The notes beneath the pieces were generated by a model. The model did not search any database, was not told the origin of the DNA, and saw only the letters and a list, made by a program, of their open reading frames with translations. 64,000 bases of DNA. It comes from a virus. Each line of letters opens with the position of its first letter. Within the stretch, counting starts at the first letter, position 1. Where the stretch lies: IMG/VR virus record IMGVR_UViG_3300042731_007874; one strand, 5' to 3'. The translations under genes were made by a program, and so were the position numbers. Shown piece after piece: positions 59,831 through 64,000 of the stretch.

Positions 59831-62800
59831 TGCAAGAAGAATTTACCAGTAACGATCTGTCAGATCTGGAATTAATAGATTTACCTTTTGATATTCATAA
59901 AGTTATTCCTCAATGTCATGCTTGTGTTCGGGCACAACTTAAAAAATACGAAAAGGCTGTAGACGAACACGATCAGCCTGTTAAGGGAAAATTTCTTGTT
60001 AATTGTAAGGGAATCCCTAAAGACGTAATTGACCCCGCGCTTAAAGCATCTCTTTCTGATGAAGAGATAGAAGATCTTATATCGGTTAAAGATCCGGTCT
60101 TTTTTGCAAAAAAATACGTAAAAAATGACAAAAGAGAACCTTGGATCGCAAGAAAACACCAAGAAGATGTTCTTCGTTGTACAGCCACAAGACGTGTTTT
60201 ACGAATTTCTAGAAGAACAGGGAAAACAGCAGCTGTTGTAGTCGATATACTATATCAAGCGTTTACGAATTCGAATATTAAAATATTAGTAGTCGGGCCG
60301 TTAAAAAACCATGTTCAAGAAATTTTTAGCCGAATAAAAGATGCTCTTAATGCAAATCAATTTTTAGCAAACAGTGTCAAGCATAGTGTAGCTGCTCCAC
60401 ATCCTAGAATTGAACTTGAAAACGGAACTGAGATAAGAGGTTTTGCTGGAGGCGCAAAAGGCAAGAAAGAAGGTCTTGCTGTTCGCGGGCAGGACGCCGA
60501 TCTAATCTTCATAGAAGAATGCCTGCCTGCGGGGTCTTTGGTCAGTACATCTGAATTTGCAGTACGACCAATTGAGACACTTCAACTAAAGTCTCCGGTT
60601 TTAGGAGGAGACGAGAAGGGTGTTATTAACGGAGAAGTTTCTGCCCTGGGAACTAGGCAATCAGAAACAATAACTTTATCAACTGCTCTTGGGTCTATAA
60701 CATGTACCCCAAGCCATCCTATCTTTGATGGAAAACTTGATGTCCCAGCAGAAAAAGCAGACGAGGTTATATTTTCTCTATATCACAAAAATCTAACTTT
60801 TGATCGATCTGTAATCATTGCTCGTTTAGCAGGGTTTATTTATGGAGACGGATGGTTATCTGGAGAAACAGTTGGGTTTTCTGGACAAGAAATAGACCTA
60901 CAACAAGTAGTAGAAGACTGTGTGCTCTTAGGTGATACTAGACATGAGATAACGATTCAAGAATGTGAAAACAAAGAAAGAGGAATAAAAGGAACTGGTG
61001 CTTCTTTTAATTCTACTTATTTGTATCCTATATTTAAAGATATTTGCCCGCAAGGTAGAAAAGTTTATCAAGAACTGAAACTTCCAGATTATATTAAAAA
61101 TGGAAAACCTTATATAAAAACAGCATTTTTGTCTGGATTGTTTAGCGCTGAAGCGACAGGTATTAGATATCAAAAGAACGAAATTACTCCAAGTCAAATC
61201 CGATTAAAAATGATTAGCTCTAAAGAAGAGTGGAGTAAAAGCTGGTTTAACGAAATTTCTGTTTTGTTAGAAGAGATAGGGATTGAACATTCTCTTAAGT
61301 TTAAAAACTACACAGATCCTTTTTTAAATGAAGAACGATGGACTGGTGAAGTAGTTGTTTTTGGATCCCATACAAATTTATCTAATTTTATAAACAAAAT
61401 TGGCTATTGTTACAATGCAAAGAAGACAGTTTCTGCTAATAAGTTTATTTTATTCAATCATTACAAAAAACTATGGAGTCAAGAGTGTTGGCGAAAAAAC
61501 AGAACAGTAAGAAAATATATTGATAAATTTGAGAATAAAGAGATAAGCCAAATAACAAGAATAAAATTATCTACAATAAAATACCACAAAAACACCTATC
61601 ATCCATTATATTCAGAAAAAATTCTTTCTCCAGAAGAGTATATTAATACAATAAAATGGAAAGAGAATTATGTAAAATTGCCAATTCAAAAAGCGAATAC
61701 AAAACACAACAGTGAATTAGTTGATGTTTATAATCTAACGTCAACAGCGGCAAATAGGTTTTTTGCGGAAGGTATTTTTACTCACAACTGCGCATTCGTT
61801 GATGAAGATGCTTTGCAAGGAGCAATTCTTCCTATTTTACATACTTCTGCCGATGTTCGTTTAACGGCATTTTCTACTCCAACTCCATTTAAAAGTTCTT
61901 TTTATAAGTTTTGTAGAGAAGACCCGAACTACAAAGAATTCCATTACACCTATAAGGTTTTACCTTGGTGGCGTCAAATAGAAAAAGAAAAGATAAATCT
62001 TACTGAAGAACAATGGGATTGCGAATTCCTTGCAAATTTTCTCGACGGGGGTTCTGGTGTATATAAGCCATCTTACGTAGATAGGGCGCTTCATGATTAT
62101 CATTATGAAGAATTTACTTATGATCCGTTATGGGTTTATGCTCTTGGAGCAGACTGGAACGAAGTTCACGGAACTGAATTTGCCGTTATAGGATATAATC
62201 CATTTAGCAAGATGTTCCAGATAGTAGAGACCTTATTGCTTGAGCATGCAGAATATACACAGCTTGCAGGTGTAGAAAAACTGATTGCCTTAAATAAGAA
62301 ATGGCATCCAAGATATGTTTATGCGGATAGTGGCGGCGGGTCTACAAATCTAGAGTTGTTGCACCATACAGCCCATAAACATGCAACTACAAATGGAGAC
62401 CCAGACACAGCTAGACTACTACAGACATTAAGGGCTTATGATTCCGGCGCGTCAATAATAGTAAAAGATCCTATTACCCACAAGGAAGAGAAAAAACCAG
62501 CAAAAAGCTTTATGGTAAACGCCTCTGTTCGTTTATTTGAGCAGAATAAAATTTTAATCTCTTCTCATGACAGGATATTAGAGACACAGCTTCGTAACTA
62601 TAAAGTAGAAAGATATACTTCTACTGGGAATCCAGTCTATGGGCTAGAAGAACCAAAAGTTTTAGACCATCGGCTTGATGCGGTTAACTTAGCAATAGTT
62701 GCATTTATGTTAAACGAGAATGAGCTTTTCTTAACACGGCCTGTATTGAATATAGCGGCAGCGATCCATCCAAAAAAGAAAAAGATAGTTAATAACAAAA

Positions 62801-63021
62801 TAGTAGGTTTAGTAGAAACACCTCCGTCTAGAGATATAGAAGGAGTAGAAAGAAGAAGTCTTAGTTATGCTTCTCTTGCTGGAAAATTAGACGTAGAGAA
62901 TCTTCGTGCTTCTAATAGGCCCGGTTGGGCTACTGACACAGAAGAGATAGAGCACTTAAGATATTTACAAAGAAAACAAAAACGAAGACGGCATTCTCGA
63001 CCATCTAGGACAAACTTTTAG
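59830..63021 (+). CDS. terL: Terminase large subunit containing an intein
   Basis: RRTGKT Walker A, DLIFIEE|C Walker B, FSTP motif III, GADW and RNase H-like nuclease region, HRLDA. Confidence 0.93.
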   Translation: MQEEFTSNDLSDLELIDLPFDIHKVIPQCHACVRAQLKKYEKAVDEHDQPVKGKFLVNCKGIPKDVIDPALKASLSDEEIEDLISVKDPVFFAKKYVKNDKREPWIARKHQEDVLRCTATRRVLRISRRTGKTAAVVVDILYQAFTNSNIKILVVGPLKNHVQEIFSRIKDALNANQFLANSVKHSVAAPHPRIELENGTEIRGFAGGAKGKKEGLAVRGQDADLIFIEECLPAGSLVSTSEFAVRPIETLQLKSPVLGGDEKGVINGEVSALGTRQSETITLSTALGSITCTPSHPIFDGKLDVPAEKADEVIFSLYHKNLTFDRSVIIARLAGFIYGDGWLSGETVGFSGQEIDLQQVVEDCVLLGDTRHEITIQECENKERGIKGTGASFNSTYLYPIFKDICPQGRKVYQELKLPDYIKNGKPYIKTAFLSGLFSAEATGIRYQKNEITPSQIRLKMISSKEEWSKSWFNEISVLLEEIGIEHSLKFKNYTDPFLNEERWTGEVVVFGSHTNLSNFINKIGYCYNAKKTVSANKFILFNHYKKLWSQECWRKNRTVRKYIDKFENKEISQITRIKLSTIKYHKNTYHPLYSEKILSPEEYINTIKWKENYVKLPIQKANTKHNSELVDVYNLTSTAANRFFAEGIFTHNCAFVDEDALQGAILPILHTSADVRLTAFSTPTPFKSSFYKFCREDPNYKEFHYTYKVLPWWRQIEKEKINLTEEQWDCEFLANFLDGGSGVYKPSYVDRALHDYHYEEFTYDPLWVYALGADWNEVHGTEFAVIGYNPFSKMFQIVETLLLEHAEYTQLAGVEKLIALNKKWHPRYVYADSGGGSTNLELLHHTAHKHATTNGDPDTARLLQTLRAYDSGASIIVKDPITHKEEKKPAKSFMVNASVRLFEQNKILISSHDRILETQLRNYKVERYTSTGNPVYGLEEPKVLDHRLDAVNLAIVAFMLNENELFLTRPVLNIAAAIHPKKKKIVNNKIVGLVETPPSRDIEGVERRSLSYASLAGKLDVENLRASNRPGWATDTEEIEHLRYLQRKQKRRRHSRPSRTNF
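60520..61788 (+). mobile_element. Intein (423 aa) with LAGLIDADG homing endonuclease
   Basis: Begins CLPAGSLV; block B TPSHP; LAGFIYGDG and LSGLFSAEA; ends VYNLT...FTHN with Cys at +1. Confidence 0.93.
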
Positions 63022-63029
63022 GAGATATA

Positions 63030-63500
63030 ATGATTAAAGGGTATTATAAAAATAGTTCTGGTTCTTATGTAGAGATTTCAAAAGACTCAGATGTTTCTTC
63101 TCCAGTAACTACTACTCATAATGGGAAGAACGGAACCATTAATAAAGTTTTACTCTATCTTAAAAACGATGATGTTACCAAATGGTATTCGAATATTGTT
63201 GTTACTCCACGAGATCTTGTTGATGCAAACCCTTATGGGGACGTTATTTATTCTGAAACTGGTTGGGGAGTAAAATTAGCCGAAGGCGGCGGTCAAGTAA
63301 CAGAAGCTGAATGGGAAGATATTGATTGGGGTGCAAGTATTTCCCTAGATAATATTGGATCTGAATCAGCAGGAGACATAGCTACATATGTTCCGTTTTG
63401 GTATTATATAAGTTCTCCTCCAAATGCGCCTGCGGAGACAAAATTAGATATTGTTCTTAATGTAGCCTATAAAGAGAACACAGTAGCTGTTGTTGTTTAG
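63030..63500 (+). CDS. Hypothetical (probable virion structural) protein
   Basis: Beta-rich 156-aa ORF directly after TerL. Confidence 0.45.
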   Translation: MIKGYYKNSSGSYVEISKDSDVSSPVTTTHNGKNGTINKVLLYLKNDDVTKWYSNIVVTPRDLVDANPYGDVIYSETGWGVKLAEGGGQVTEAEWEDIDWGASISLDNIGSESAGDIATYVPFWYYISSPPNAPAETKLDIVLNVAYKENTVAVVV

Positions 63501-63502
63501 CC

Positions 63503-63925
63503 ATGAGTGATTTAAAAACATTATTAAATCCGGACGATAAAGACATTCTGAATGCAGCTGGTGCAGTAACCTGGGTTCCAAAAAAACCTAGAGAAGTTTT
63601 ATTACCTTACGTAAAAGAATCTTCAGAAGAAACTGTTGAGCGGAACAGTATTGAAGATCGAAGAAGAAAATCTCAAGAAGTTATCGATGGGTATTCAAAC
63701 ATCATAAATGAATGTTTGAGATTAGAAGCAGAGATTACAGAGAGATGTAAAGATGTTTCTGTTACTTTAGACAAAAAGACAGATTTGCGAGTAATGGAAG
63801 CAATGGTCCGAATTTTTGGACAAGGAGAAGTAATTACTTTCCAACATTATCAAAAGTGCATAGAGGCTCTGGCTGATTTAAATAATTCTGCAGCAACGCC
63901 AATCCCGACAAAGGAGATTGTTTAA
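63503..63925 (+). CDS. Hypothetical protein
   Basis: 140-aa ORF in the late operon. Confidence 0.5.
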   Translation: MSDLKTLLNPDDKDILNAAGAVTWVPKKPREVLLPYVKESSEETVERNSIEDRRRKSQEVIDGYSNIINECLRLEAEITERCKDVSVTLDKKTDLRVMEAMVRIFGQGEVITFQHYQKCIEALADLNNSAATPIPTKEIV

Positions 63926-64000
63926 AATGATGGTTTTTTCAGAAATAGATCTATCTCAAATAGATGAAAGTGACGGAGTGATAATTTACGGGAAGCTTTT

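Noticed and set aside
1-64000. CRISPR array
   Set aside because: No regularly spaced identical repeats. The 16-bp motif occurs only three times with irregular spacing.
1-64000. Stop-codon reassignment (common in some large phages)
   Set aside because: Long genes are intact in code 11, TAA, TAG and TGA all terminate well-defined genes, and no suppressor tRNA was seen.

Overview
This AT-rich window is part of a large tailed dsDNA phage genome read in standard code 11. From 1 to about 44.0 kb the genes are densely packed on the minus strand and are mostly accessory, host-takeover and nucleotide/RNA-metabolism genes: PncA/PncB NAD salvage, two Pol-beta nucleotidyltransferases, an RNA ligase, an RlmN-like radical SAM enzyme, a macrodomain, a SLOG protein, an Ntn protease, a deaminase and an SSB. 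A divergent strand switch at about 44.0-44.4 kb is followed by plus-strand genes: an ATP-grasp protein, a four-tRNA cluster, Hsp20, GroES, phosphatases, a kinase-fusion protein and an intein-containing terminase large subunit. The most striking feature is an unannotated family of 130-148 aa proteins, mostly starting MCLxI, present in 18 dispersed and diverged copies (one is an 85-aa internal-deletion copy). They share a fixed framework with variable loops, and their motif order suggests an ADP-ribosyltransferase-like fold (inference). Copies flank the NAD-salvage genes. Other notable items are a covarying three-hairpin element present twice, a class II tRNA body with a UUU anticodon, an RlmN-like enzyme lacking the resolving Cys, orphan antitoxin-like genes and three single-base frameshifts. 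All calls come from motif recognition by eye; no database searches were run.
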